Shown here: positions 20,052 through 29,201 of the stretch, in pieces
How the letters are laid out: each line of letters starts with the position of its first letter
Numbering within the stretch: position 1 is the first letter of the stretch
Assembly: GCA_048884965.1 (NCBI GenBank)
Contig: JBHLQH010000022.1
Coordinates: forward strand, 1 to 56,909
Length of the DNA: 56,909 nt
Source of the DNA: Candidatus Thorarchaeota archaeon
GTDB lineage: Archaea > Asgardarchaeota > Thorarchaeia > Thorarchaeales > Thorarchaeaceae
Reading direction: 5' to 3'
The notes under the pieces: model-generated
The model's input: only the letters and a program-made list of their open reading frames with translations
Databases searched by the model: none
Told to the model about the DNA's origin: nothing
Translations under genes and position numbers: made by a program

Positions 20052-20912
20052 ATGACACTGACCACTCCACGTACTATCGCTAAGACTTGGCAAGGAAGAC
20101 TGACACAGGATGGAGCTGGAGTCTCCCTTAAGCGTGTCTTTGGTTATTATGAAGTACGAGAAATGGATCCATTTTTACTGCTAGATTTCTTTGGCTCTAA
20201 TAATCCAGAAGATTACATAGCTGGATTTCCATGGCATCCACATAGAGGAATTGAAACTATCACATACATGCTTGAAGGGAGGGTTCGTCATGGTGATAGT
20301 CTGGGAAACAAGGGCGTGATTGGTCCTGGTGATGTGCAGTGGATGACCGCAGGCTCTGGTATCATCCATGAAGAGATGCCTGAGAGAAATGGTGGTAGGA
20401 TGGCAGGATTCCAATTATGGGCCAATCTACCTGCAAAGGATAAAATGATGAATCCGAGATACAGGGATATAACCAACTCGGATATCCCAGAAGTCAAACC
20501 TGATGTAAAAGTCAGTGTTAAGATAATAGCTGGAACCGTCAATGGTACAGCTGGACCTGTGCAAGATGTTGTCATTGAACCACAATATCTTGATGTGAAA
20601 ATCTCTCCAAATGGGGATTTCACTCATATGATTCAAAGTGGACACACAGCTTTTGCATTCATCTTTGAAGGCAGTGGTACTTTCAGCTCTGAAGAAGCAA
20701 AGACGATTTCTGCCGAAACACTGGTATTATTCTCGAATGGGGAAACCATTAAAGTTACTGCATCTGATGAGGGAGTTCGCTTTCTGCTTGTTTCAGGTCG
20801 ACCCCTTAAGGAACCTATTGCATGGCGTGGACCAATTGTGATGAATACCGATGAGGAGCTCCAACTGGCATTCACTGAATATCGACAAGGGACTTTTCTA
20901 AAGAGAACCTAG
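20052..20912 (+). CDS. Pirin family protein
   Basis: DPFLLLD, GFPWHPHRGIETITY, GDVQWMTAGSGIIHEE, FQLWANLP and GPIVMNT motifs. Confidence 0.95.
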   Translation: MTLTTPRTIAKTWQGRLTQDGAGVSLKRVFGYYEVREMDPFLLLDFFGSNNPEDYIAGFPWHPHRGIETITYMLEGRVRHGDSLGNKGVIGPGDVQWMTAGSGIIHEEMPERNGGRMAGFQLWANLPAKDKMMNPRYRDITNSDIPEVKPDVKVSVKIIAGTVNGTAGPVQDVVIEPQYLDVKISPNGDFTHMIQSGHTAFAFIFEGSGTFSSEEAKTISAETLVLFSNGETIKVTASDEGVRFLLVSGRPLKEPIAWRGPIVMNTDEELQLAFTEYRQGTFLKRT

Positions 20913-20927
20913 ATCCAGTTGCCTGAC

Positions 20928-21398
20928 CTAGATTGACTTCACCGAAGAGGTTTGCTTGCTGAGAAATAGCCAGCCGCCTGCAAGGATTATCATTCCAATG
21001 AGGACAAATGATGCGCCAATTGACTGAAGGACTTCTGATGCTGGTGCAATTGAACGGCCAACAAGTCCTCCGATTATCGAGACAATTCCTCCGACCATTG
21101 CATACTTACTATTCTTTGTGTTCGGATGCTCAATGATAAGTTCTTCTGCGTTAGAACGGATGCTTGGTGCCTTTGACATTTTGATATCGGATTTGAAGAA
21201 TCGTGTTCGATCTTCAGTGATATATCCATGCAGAATTCCCAAACCGATTAGATTTTCAATTTGGGTGATGATAGATTCCTCATCTGTTTCTAATGCACTC
21301 GCAATCATCTGAATAGAGCTGACTCCACTTGTTTCTAGGAATTCGAGCAGTGGGTCGTATTCCTGAGATGTCTGGTTTGTTTCTGTGCTGGTAATCAT
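20928..21398 (-). CDS. PCI/winged-helix-like domain protein with two C-terminal TM helices
   Basis: SIQMIASALETDEESIITQIENLIGLGILHGYITEDRTRFF resembles PCI-type wHTH ends. Hydrophobic hairpin at the C-terminus. Confidence 0.55.
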   Translation of the reverse strand: MITSTETNQTSQEYDPLLEFLETSGVSSIQMIASALETDEESIITQIENLIGLGILHGYITEDRTRFFKSDIKMSKAPSIRSNAEELIIEHPNTKNSKYAMVGGIVSIIGGLVGRSIAPASEVLQSIGASFVLIGMIILAGGWLFLSKQTSSVKSI

Positions 21399-21600
21399 CT
21401 TGTATCATCGTTAAAGGTACTATAACTGAATATAATATACAGCCACTATTAGAGGACACTTCAAAGGGTCACAAGTAGAGGACTCAATCTGTGACTTTTA
21501 CAATCATGAATATCTTCAATTCTGGGTATAGGCTGCTCTATAGTTACGCTTATTTTTGGGACAGTTGGAAGCTCTCTAGGTATTATGGAGCTCACTAATA

Positions 21601-22017
21601 ATGTCTGATGTCATATGGAATGATAGTTTGTCTGTCAATATTGAATTGATAGATACCCAACATAAGGAATTGATAAAAAGAATAAGCAGCATATCTGAGG
21701 CAGTCGATTCACACCAAAGCCCAGAAGTTGTCTTGAACACTCTTAGTTTTATGAGTGAGTACACAGATTTCCATTTTTCTACTGAGGAGAAGCATATGAA
21801 GGAGCAGAATTATCCTGCTATCGATCTTCATCTGAAGCAGCATGAGGAATTCAAAGCAATGGTAAAAACGATGATTACCGATTTTCAAGAGGAAGGTCCA
21901 ACTCCTGCACTTGGCAAGTCAATCAATACTTATCTTATGAATTGGCTAGTGGATCACATCAAAAGCATCGATACTAAATTCGGAGAGTTTCTCAGGAGCA
22001 AGGGTTTTTCACAATGA
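21601..22017 (+). CDS. Bacteriohemerythrin (single domain)
   Basis: W.DSLSV....IDTQH, HFSTEE..M....YP....H...H and WLVDHI...D iron ligands. Confidence 0.93.
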   Translation: MSDVIWNDSLSVNIELIDTQHKELIKRISSISEAVDSHQSPEVVLNTLSFMSEYTDFHFSTEEKHMKEQNYPAIDLHLKQHEEFKAMVKTMITDFQEEGPTPALGKSINTYLMNWLVDHIKSIDTKFGEFLRSKGFSQ

Positions 22018-22159
22018 ATCTACCTGCATTTTCAGGCTCGTGTTGATATCTTGTCAATCGCAGCACTCAAATTGACAAGGCTCCTTCTTTTTCCAGAGTC
22101 CATGTCTCCATTACTCTTGGAGAACCAAACTTAATATGGTTTCATGAGGAGAGGCCTTA

Positions 22160-22543
22160 ATGGTTGTGGGTATTTCGATATTGTTGGATTTCTCTGGTGT
22201 GGTAGATGAGAGATTTCATTGCGACCAGGTTTGGAGAGATCTGATAGGCAGATTGATCCAGATGGGTGGAATGAAGATGCTACACTTGGCATCCCATCAA
22301 TTTTCTTCCGTAAAGCAAAAGGAATTGGCAGATGAGAGAAACCTCCAAACAGGAGGAACAACGGCCTTTGCACTTCTTTCAGAGAGTCATATCAGTGTCC
22401 ATACTTGGCCTGAATTCAAGAAGGTAGTCATTGACATTTTCACTTGTGGTCCAACGATAAGGCTAGATGATATGATTGAGTATCTTAGAGAGCATATCCC
22501 GCACGAAAACCTAGTCGTAACACGATTTGAGAGAGGGGAATAA
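22160..22543 (+). CDS. speD: S-adenosylmethionine decarboxylase proenzyme (class 1b pyruvoyl, SpeD/SpeH family)
   Basis: GGTTAFALLSESHISVHTWPE self-cleavage motif (E|SH), DIFTCG and C-terminal ERG. Confidence 0.85.
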   Translation: MVVGISILLDFSGVVDERFHCDQVWRDLIGRLIQMGGMKMLHLASHQFSSVKQKELADERNLQTGGTTAFALLSESHISVHTWPEFKKVVIDIFTCGPTIRLDDMIEYLREHIPHENLVVTRFERGE

Positions 22544-22551
22544 GTCTGATA

Positions 22552-24531
22552 TTGCGAAAATTACTTGTGATGTTAATACTGGGCACGATGGTGATCAGTA
22601 TGCCATTTTGTGTTTCAGGCGAAATGGTCTTTGAAGAAACTGATTCATTTTCTGTGGTCTTTCATACAAGCTTGACAGGTACTTCTGGAGATTATAATGG
22701 ATACACAGAGGAGGAACATGAAGAGAGAACCTATGAGGTATCATCTATCTCTGGAGACCAAGTCACATGGATCATGGATCGAAGGTATAGCTATACTGAC
22801 ACTGATGGTAATTCATTCGACCAAGAGGGCTCGTATCGCTTCTCTCTGAATTCTGTAACAAGACAGTATATCAATTCTACATATGATGCTCCTTCATCGT
22901 ATCTGGATTACTACACTTTTGATTATATTTGGTTCCGGATTGATCCGGACACTCCCATTGACTCTCAGGTGACTATACTTGGAAATGAGTACACGGTCAT
23001 TGGACTAACTACAATCTTCGTTGACTTGATTTCCGCAGTGGATGTAATTGAGCTGAGAGCTACAAATGTACAGCAATACATCCTCAATGATGAATATGAC
23101 CCTGATGGCATGCTTTCGATCACCTTCACTGATTCCTACTATTTCGATCCTACAACAGGTTACTTCGTGCATGAAGTATGGTCAGCACGTGGAACGACCT
23201 CAGTAGGTAACTTCGATTGGTATGAAACAGGCTACCTTACTGAATCAAGCTATGTCCTGCAACAGAATGCTGGTCAATCCCTATTTAGAATGCTGCTATT
23301 CATTGGAGCAATTCTGGGTGTGGGCTTGATATTTGCCGCTGCCAATGATGCATTGAAACGAGGCTATCAAAAATCTGTGATGCAAGCCATCAGAATCATG
23401 GCAGGTGAAATAAAGCCTCCAATGATTGAGGGACAGAAAGTAGCTCCAATGCTTTGGAATCCATTGACTATTAGTTACCAAAATCTAATTGAACGCAGCC
23501 CAGATGTGCAATACACGACGCTACAATCGGGAGTTTACATTGCTATCAATCCTGATAACACCATAGCTATTGTGGATACTCAAACAAATCCCCGATTCAA
23601 GAATTTAGTTTTTGATTTCGAAGAGACAAGTTTGGAGCTTCTCTACAAGCTAGCTCTAGGTACAATCAATCCAGATACTGTCGAGTATCAGGAAGTCATT
23701 ACAAGAATTCAGGATGTAAAAGATTACCTGCAATCTTCGGATGCAGTGACACCGCCAGACGGTCATAGTCTATTCATCTTCAACCAGATTGATAGCAATC
23801 GACTCCAAACAATACCTTTGGAGTATGACGAGATAGCAACCCTTCTTTCTCGAAGGAAGATACTTGATTACTCGTTGGGGCAGGCACCTTTGACACCAAG
23901 TTCTCACCTATTGAAGATGAATCACGTTCTAAAACATCAACCCAGTAGAGTCTTACTTGTGGGGGATGATGATCTACTATCCATTTCATTAGCGAGGCGT
24001 CAGATCGAGGTTACACTGATCGAGGTCGATCCTTATACATGTGCAATGATTGCCTTAATCGCTCATGAAGAGAATCTGAATATTCGGGTTCATCAACTTG
24101 ATCTTCGAGCTGCACTTCCATTTATAGAGGAGGAATTCGATCTTTTTGTTGCGGACCCTGATTTTACAATTGAAGCCTTCGCCCTATTTCTCTCACGTGG
24201 ATTATCATTACTAAGAATTGGCGGCATAGGTCTCATTAACTTTCAGGATACACATTCGCAGAGATACAAAGCACATTTTCTCCTTGATCAGCTAAATGTT
24301 GAAATCATTGAAGAAGCGAAAGAGCGCTGGCACTATGCAATCATACGTAATCAGACAAGTTCGACCTATCATGGCAAATACGCTCCTGTAACCTATAGTC
24401 ATGATGTAAGACTATTAATTGCTCCATATTCATCAGTCATGTTCACAGTTCAAAAGACTGAAGGAACGCGACTTGTTCTAGAAGCGAATGAGTCACTGAA
24501 GGGTGTGGAGTCTGTTATCTACGACTTCTAG
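22552..24531 (+). CDS. Single-pass membrane protein: signal peptide, extracellular beta-rich domain, TM, and cytoplasmic BpsA/DUF43-like (branched-chain polyamine synthase) aminopropyltransferase domain
   Basis: Signal peptide about aa 1-23; TM about aa 244-264 (nt 23281-23343). The C-terminal domain has R...DYSLGQAPLTP, RVLLVGDDDLLSISLA (GDDD at nt 23962-23973), IEVD, DLRAALP...FDLFVADP, FLSRGLSLL and PYSSVMF, co-linear with BpsA. Confidence 0.78.
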   Translation: MRKLLVMLILGTMVISMPFCVSGEMVFEETDSFSVVFHTSLTGTSGDYNGYTEEEHEERTYEVSSISGDQVTWIMDRRYSYTDTDGNSFDQEGSYRFSLNSVTRQYINSTYDAPSSYLDYYTFDYIWFRIDPDTPIDSQVTILGNEYTVIGLTTIFVDLISAVDVIELRATNVQQYILNDEYDPDGMLSITFTDSYYFDPTTGYFVHEVWSARGTTSVGNFDWYETGYLTESSYVLQQNAGQSLFRMLLFIGAILGVGLIFAAANDALKRGYQKSVMQAIRIMAGEIKPPMIEGQKVAPMLWNPLTISYQNLIERSPDVQYTTLQSGVYIAINPDNTIAIVDTQTNPRFKNLVFDFEETSLELLYKLALGTINPDTVEYQEVITRIQDVKDYLQSSDAVTPPDGHSLFIFNQIDSNRLQTIPLEYDEIATLLSRRKILDYSLGQAPLTPSSHLLKMNHVLKHQPSRVLLVGDDDLLSISLARRQIEVTLIEVDPYTCAMIALIAHEENLNIRVHQLDLRAALPFIEEEFDLFVADPDFTIEAFALFLSRGLSLLRIGGIGLINFQDTHSQRYKAHFLLDQLNVEIIEEAKERWHYAIIRNQTSSTYHGKYAPVTYSHDVRLLIAPYSSVMFTVQKTEGTRLVLEANESLKGVESVIYDF

Positions 24532-24550
24532 GAAAAGGAGGGATGGGTAT

Positions 24551-25039
24551 GTGGTAGCAGATAGAGATGGGTTCGTGTCATTTGGAATTGCACAGTCCTT
24601 CAATGCTCCCACGATTCTCGAATATGCAGAACGCTTGGGTTTACATGATATTAGAGAGTGGGTCACAGTAGATGCATTGCAAAGCTTCTTGGACATGGAG
24701 AAATGGATTGCATATGCAGCCACCCTAGAAACGCCTGAATCTGATATTGTTGGGATTGCAGTGATGGGTATTGAGGAGGAAGGCAGATTATGGATCGAAA
24801 CTCTCGTTACAGATCCCCGCTATAGAAGAAAAGGGATTGCAACAGAACTCTGCAATTCAATGGTAGAATATGGTAGAAGACATGGATTTAGAGTGATATT
24901 CGTTGATCTAGATGACGATAATATCCCAGCCTATAGATTCTACAAGCAATTTGGTTTTGAGAATGCAGGTCGGATATCTAGGTACTACTATGATTCCTCA
25001 ACAGCAATAATCCTTGCCAAGAACCTACCCGAGGATTAA
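24551..25039 (+). CDS. GNAT family N-acetyltransferase (RimI/PaiA-like)
   Basis: WIETLVTDPRYRRKGIATEL acetyl-CoA motif A and N.PAYRFYKQFGF. GTG at 24551 is preceded by AGGAGG (24536-24541). Confidence 0.88.
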   Translation: MVADRDGFVSFGIAQSFNAPTILEYAERLGLHDIREWVTVDALQSFLDMEKWIAYAATLETPESDIVGIAVMGIEEEGRLWIETLVTDPRYRRKGIATELCNSMVEYGRRHGFRVIFVDLDDDNIPAYRFYKQFGFENAGRISRYYYDSSTAIILAKNLPED

Positions 25040-25041
25040 CA

Positions 25042-25437
25042 CTACATATCATCTGTTTCTTCTAGCCAATCATGAAATCTGGGATGTGATTCGACTTGCT
25101 TGGTGTCTACAGAGCTATGAAGGAACATCAACCGAATTCCTTCCTCTTTCTTCAAGGTTTCGAAAGTTGATTGGTCATCTATTCGAGAAAGCGAATTCTT
25201 GCTCTTTGAATCTACGAAATATAGATTGTACTCGTTTTGCTTCTCTACTGTTGTTTGAAGCGTGAACTCCATCTCTTCAAAAATGGTCTCTCGAAATTCA
25301 TCTAATCCTTCTTCAAGAGCTATCCACCCAGATATGACTTCATGTGGCTTCTTTCCTATGACGTAGAATGCTGCTAGAGTATCTTGTTCTCCAGTGGATG
25401 AGCTATCGTCATTGTCTGCGTCCCTCATGGTTTTCAT
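25042..25437 (-). CDS. Hypothetical acidic protein
   Basis: 131-aa ORF converging on the GNAT gene; no recognised motif. Confidence 0.55.
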   Translation of the reverse strand: MKTMRDADNDDSSSTGEQDTLAAFYVIGKKPHEVISGWIALEEGLDEFRETIFEEMEFTLQTTVEKQNEYNLYFVDSKSKNSLSRIDDQSTFETLKKEEGIRLMFLHSSVDTKQVESHPRFHDWLEETDDM

Positions 25438-25485
25438 GTTCTGCAGTTCAGTATATAGATATATTTCTTCATTGAAAACTGGTTT

Positions 25486-26178
25486 TTATTCTCGTCCAGG
25501 CATCAGAAGGATGTGATCGATATTGCTAGTTTGCTCTTGATCTATAATTAACCGAACTGCTTTGGCTACATCTCTCGCGGTCAACATCTTTTCCCTGTCA
25601 ACTTCTCGTTTATCAAACCAAGGTGTGGATACTGAACCAGGATTGATTGTAGCTGCTTTGACACCAGTTCCTTTCAGTTCATCCCTAAGAGACCATACCA
25701 TTGCCTGAACTGCATGTTTGGTGGCAGAATATACACTTGCACGAGCAGAGGTTTTCAATCCTAGATTTGAAGAAGTAACGACTATCTGACCAGAGTTCTG
25801 TATCTTCATGTCCGGTAATACTTTCCTCACCCAAAGGAACACTCCACGAACATTTGTATTGAATTGTTCATCAAATTCGTGGAGACTGATATCTTCCAAG
25901 TTGCCGAAGTGACCCACTCCAGCATTTGCGATAAGAACATCAACTCCCTGAAGTGATGAGATGATGTTGTCGTAAATTCTGTCCACATCAGCTTCTTTTG
26001 ATACATCGCCAATTCCAATGAAGGCTCGAGAACCCAGGGATTCTATCTCCTTTTTTACATCATTCAATCTTCTTTCATTTCTAGCAATCAGATAGAAGGA
26101 ATGATTTTCCGAAGCCATTTCAAGTGCGATTTCTCGCCCTATTCCACTAGATGCCCCTGTAATGACAATCCGTTTCAT
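25486..26178 (-). CDS. Short-chain dehydrogenase/reductase (classical SDR)
   Basis: ITGASSGIG, ANAGVG, YSATK (YxxxK) and INPGSV.T motifs. ATG at 26178. Confidence 0.92.
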   Translation of the reverse strand: MKRIVITGASSGIGREIALEMASENHSFYLIARNERRLNDVKKEIESLGSRAFIGIGDVSKEADVDRIYDNIISSLQGVDVLIANAGVGHFGNLEDISLHEFDEQFNTNVRGVFLWVRKVLPDMKIQNSGQIVVTSSNLGLKTSARASVYSATKHAVQAMVWSLRDELKGTGVKAATINPGSVSTPWFDKREVDREKMLTARDVAKAVRLIIDQEQTSNIDHILLMPGRE

Positions 26179-26350
26179 AATGCAACACCAATCATATCGT
26201 TCAGCAACTAGATCTTTGGGTATAAAATCTATGATAGGGATTGAGTGCAAGACATGGGATGTCCTCTCTTCAATGGAAATTCAGAAAGACACTAGAATTT
26301 AATAGCGTTCAGAGCAATTCATGTACGTGATTTGAGGTCATGTCCGGAGG

Positions 26351-28186
26351 TTGGATGCATTGAGTCGAATTATGTCAAAATCATTCATAATGGTCATGAT
26401 TTTGATTCTTCTTCTCGGATTGAAAGGGAACGACGTAGTGAGTGCAGAAAACGTCGAACACACATTGGATAGTGACGTTCTTTCTACGAATGCTAGTTCT
26501 TGGTTATCAGGGTGGAAATACAGAAAGGCTCACAATTTGACAGGCGCTCAAGGAGCAGGAATAGACTATCAGGTAAAGATACTTGTCAACTATGGCGATG
26601 GTATAGATTCAGGATTCAGTGTCTATTGCGATGAGCTATGTAATGTGGATTTTAGTGATATTAGGTTCACAGGAAGCGATCAACAAACAGTACTAGATTA
26701 CTGGATTGAGAACATGACTCCTTCCGATAACGCAATAATTTGGTTGAAAATAGCTGAGAATCTGGACGAGGCAGTTACGATCTACATGTATTATGGTAAT
26801 CACTTTGCTACTTCGTTAAGTAATGGCATTGCGGTCTGTGATTTCTTTGAGGATTTCACAGCTCCTATCAATACCACAAAATGGAATCACACAGATCCGA
26901 TGCCAACATTTGAGGAAGGTATTGGGACCTTTACTATTGAATCTGGCAAGACATGGGATTTTCTTTCTGTAGTTTCAACAGAGGAATTACCACGTCGAGG
27001 ATATCGACTTAGAACCCGAATGAGGTTCAATGCCTTCGACGACTTCACTGGAAGATATTCTTACTTTGGATTTGGGTATTCAAATATAGGAACATATGGA
27101 ATAAATGGTCTCATATGTATTGATATTGATGATTATGACGCATCACTTGTATTCCACTCTGTTGGTTCCGACGATTTCGATTTCTATGGCTCAATTGGTG
27201 ATGTAAATATCGAGTACAAAGAATATGAGATCCTTGCTCAACCAATGGGAACGGTAAAATTAGGTTGTGGAGGAGATTTTGTTACTGGCACTCTATCATA
27301 TGAGATTCCGTTTCGTCCTTCAGTAGGCATTCATGTAAATGGGGAGTACAATGCAAACCAAATCACCACTAGATATGATTATTTCTATGTTATGAAATGG
27401 GTTCCAAATGAGCCAAGTCATGGAGCTTGGGGACTCATGGCTACTTCTCCCTATATTTCAGACCATATTCCACCACAGGTCAGCTCCCCGAGTGACATCA
27501 ATTTAGAGGCAGGGAACTTTGAATCCTACATACATTGGACATTGGTAGAACAGAATCCCTATCTATGCCAGATCTATCTGGATGGAGTGAATGTCTTTGA
27601 GCATCCTTGGGAAGGTTCTCCAATGGAGATGTATCTTTCGACAGATGATGTCGCATTGTTGCTAGGAGAGCATAACTATACAATCGTAGCGATTGATTCC
27701 AACCTTAACTCAGGATCAGATCAGGTTAATGTAATCGTTTCAGATACTCAGGCACCAATAATCAATGAACCCAGCGATCTTCAGATTGTTGAAGGTTCTT
27801 CTACTAGAATTATCTGGAGTATCACAGACGCCCTTCCATTGGAATATACGGTTCATAGAGATTCGATTCTAATCCAATCAGGTCCGCTCCAATCACCTAT
27901 CATTATTGTGGGACTCTCCTCCCTAGAAGTGGGTAGCTACACATTCACGATTACGGCATTTGACAGTTCAGGGAATAACGCGACAGATAGTGTAGATGTT
28001 CAAGTTGTAACAAGGATGCCATCTTCTGATACTGATAGCAATTCCAATACACACAATCCCTGGCTATCATTCGATCTTCAAATGGAAACTGTGTTGATGA
28101 TCGGATTGGGATTCGCGATAATTGGTGCAGGGTGTTTGCTCTTTAGAAGTAGTTCCTCAGAAGATTATATCATAAGCAACTATTGA
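26351..28186 (+). CDS. DUF2341 domain surface protein with C-terminal Ig-like repeats and TM anchor
   Basis: WLSGWKYRK, DFSDIRFT......LDYWIE......A.IW.KI.......IYMYYGN (DUF2341). Two D..PP..S.P.D Ig-like repeats. C-terminal TM. Confidence 0.82.
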   Translation: MDALSRIMSKSFIMVMILILLLGLKGNDVVSAENVEHTLDSDVLSTNASSWLSGWKYRKAHNLTGAQGAGIDYQVKILVNYGDGIDSGFSVYCDELCNVDFSDIRFTGSDQQTVLDYWIENMTPSDNAIIWLKIAENLDEAVTIYMYYGNHFATSLSNGIAVCDFFEDFTAPINTTKWNHTDPMPTFEEGIGTFTIESGKTWDFLSVVSTEELPRRGYRLRTRMRFNAFDDFTGRYSYFGFGYSNIGTYGINGLICIDIDDYDASLVFHSVGSDDFDFYGSIGDVNIEYKEYEILAQPMGTVKLGCGGDFVTGTLSYEIPFRPSVGIHVNGEYNANQITTRYDYFYVMKWVPNEPSHGAWGLMATSPYISDHIPPQVSSPSDINLEAGNFESYIHWTLVEQNPYLCQIYLDGVNVFEHPWEGSPMEMYLSTDDVALLLGEHNYTIVAIDSNLNSGSDQVNVIVSDTQAPIINEPSDLQIVEGSSTRIIWSITDALPLEYTVHRDSILIQSGPLQSPIIIVGLSSLEVGSYTFTITAFDSSGNNATDSVDVQVVTRMPSSDTDSNSNTHNPWLSFDLQMETVLMIGLGFAIIGAGCLLFRSSSSEDYIISNY

Positions 28187-28309
28187 TTGCCGCTGGTTCC
28201 TCTGAGATTTCGATTCAAAGGAATTCCATTGCCGCTGAGCGGCGCCCTTACATCAGTGACAAAGTCTTTGTATTGGAGATACGTTTTGAAGGTGTGAGGC
28301 AAACCACAA

Positions 28310-29197
28310 ATGGAATTCATGATACGTGCACTCCAAGAATCTGATGAAGAGCAAATCCTAGAAATTGCAAGGAATACTTGGGGTGGTCATGATCACCTTC
28401 CTGTTATGTTCAACGAATGGCTGAGGAATGAGGATTGCCATACCGTATCATTCGTTGTTGGAGCAGACATCGCTGCATTGGGCTGTTTAAGATTGATTGA
28501 CAATGGAAAAACCGCATGGCTAGAAGGCCTCAGAGTACATCAGAAGTATCAAGGACTGGGACTAGCCCGAAAAGTAACGGATTTTCTGCGGCAACGAGCA
28601 ATTAAGCTTGGGGCTGAACGTACCAGATTAACTACAGCGGTTCAAAGTCCGATTCCAAACCATCTGGCTAAGAGCATATCTATGAGATGTCTATACACGC
28701 TGAATGTCAGATGGCTTGACCTGCGAGAGCTGCACCCCATGGACTCATCTTCAGAAGCAGTCTCAATACCCTTTGAGAAGTTTCTTGACATAGCAAACAG
28801 CAGAAGGAATTTCGAACTGGTACCCAGTGGAGCACTTGTGTATCATTGGTATGCAGTGGATATAGATCATCCTGCAATCAAGAAACTTAGACAGTTAGAA
28901 AGTATTGAGTTCTGGTATTCGGTATCTAAAGACAAGACTATCGATGGCATCGCATTTGGATTTCAACGTCTAGATGGAATTGATCAAGAATGGTGTACAA
29001 CAATATATCCAACAGATAGAGAATCCCTCATCTCACTTCTGTCGAAGCAAGCAGAGTTCTGTAGCCTAAAAGGAATAACATTCATGATGGTTCAATTCCC
29101 AGAGCAGTTTACCACAGAAACAGAGAATGACGATTTATTCGATAGCGAAGAAGGACACACGATTACACTTGCTCTCTATGAAGGAACTCTGAAGTGA
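28310..29197 (+). CDS. GNAT family N-acetyltransferase (NAT16-like two-domain)
   Basis: AWLEGLRVHQKYQGLGLA motif A. Confidence 0.82.
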   Translation: MEFMIRALQESDEEQILEIARNTWGGHDHLPVMFNEWLRNEDCHTVSFVVGADIAALGCLRLIDNGKTAWLEGLRVHQKYQGLGLARKVTDFLRQRAIKLGAERTRLTTAVQSPIPNHLAKSISMRCLYTLNVRWLDLRELHPMDSSSEAVSIPFEKFLDIANSRRNFELVPSGALVYHWYAVDIDHPAIKKLRQLESIEFWYSVSKDKTIDGIAFGFQRLDGIDQEWCTTIYPTDRESLISLLSKQAEFCSLKGITFMMVQFPEQFTTETENDDLFDSEEGHTITLALYEGTLK

Positions 29198-29201
29198 CCT
29201 T

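Noticed and set aside
28187-28309. GC-rich palindrome gccgctgagcggc in the intergenic region as a possible tRNA or ncRNA
   Set aside because: It has only a 5-bp stem, no cloverleaf and no T-loop/D-loop consensus. I found no tRNA or rRNA anywhere in the window by eye.
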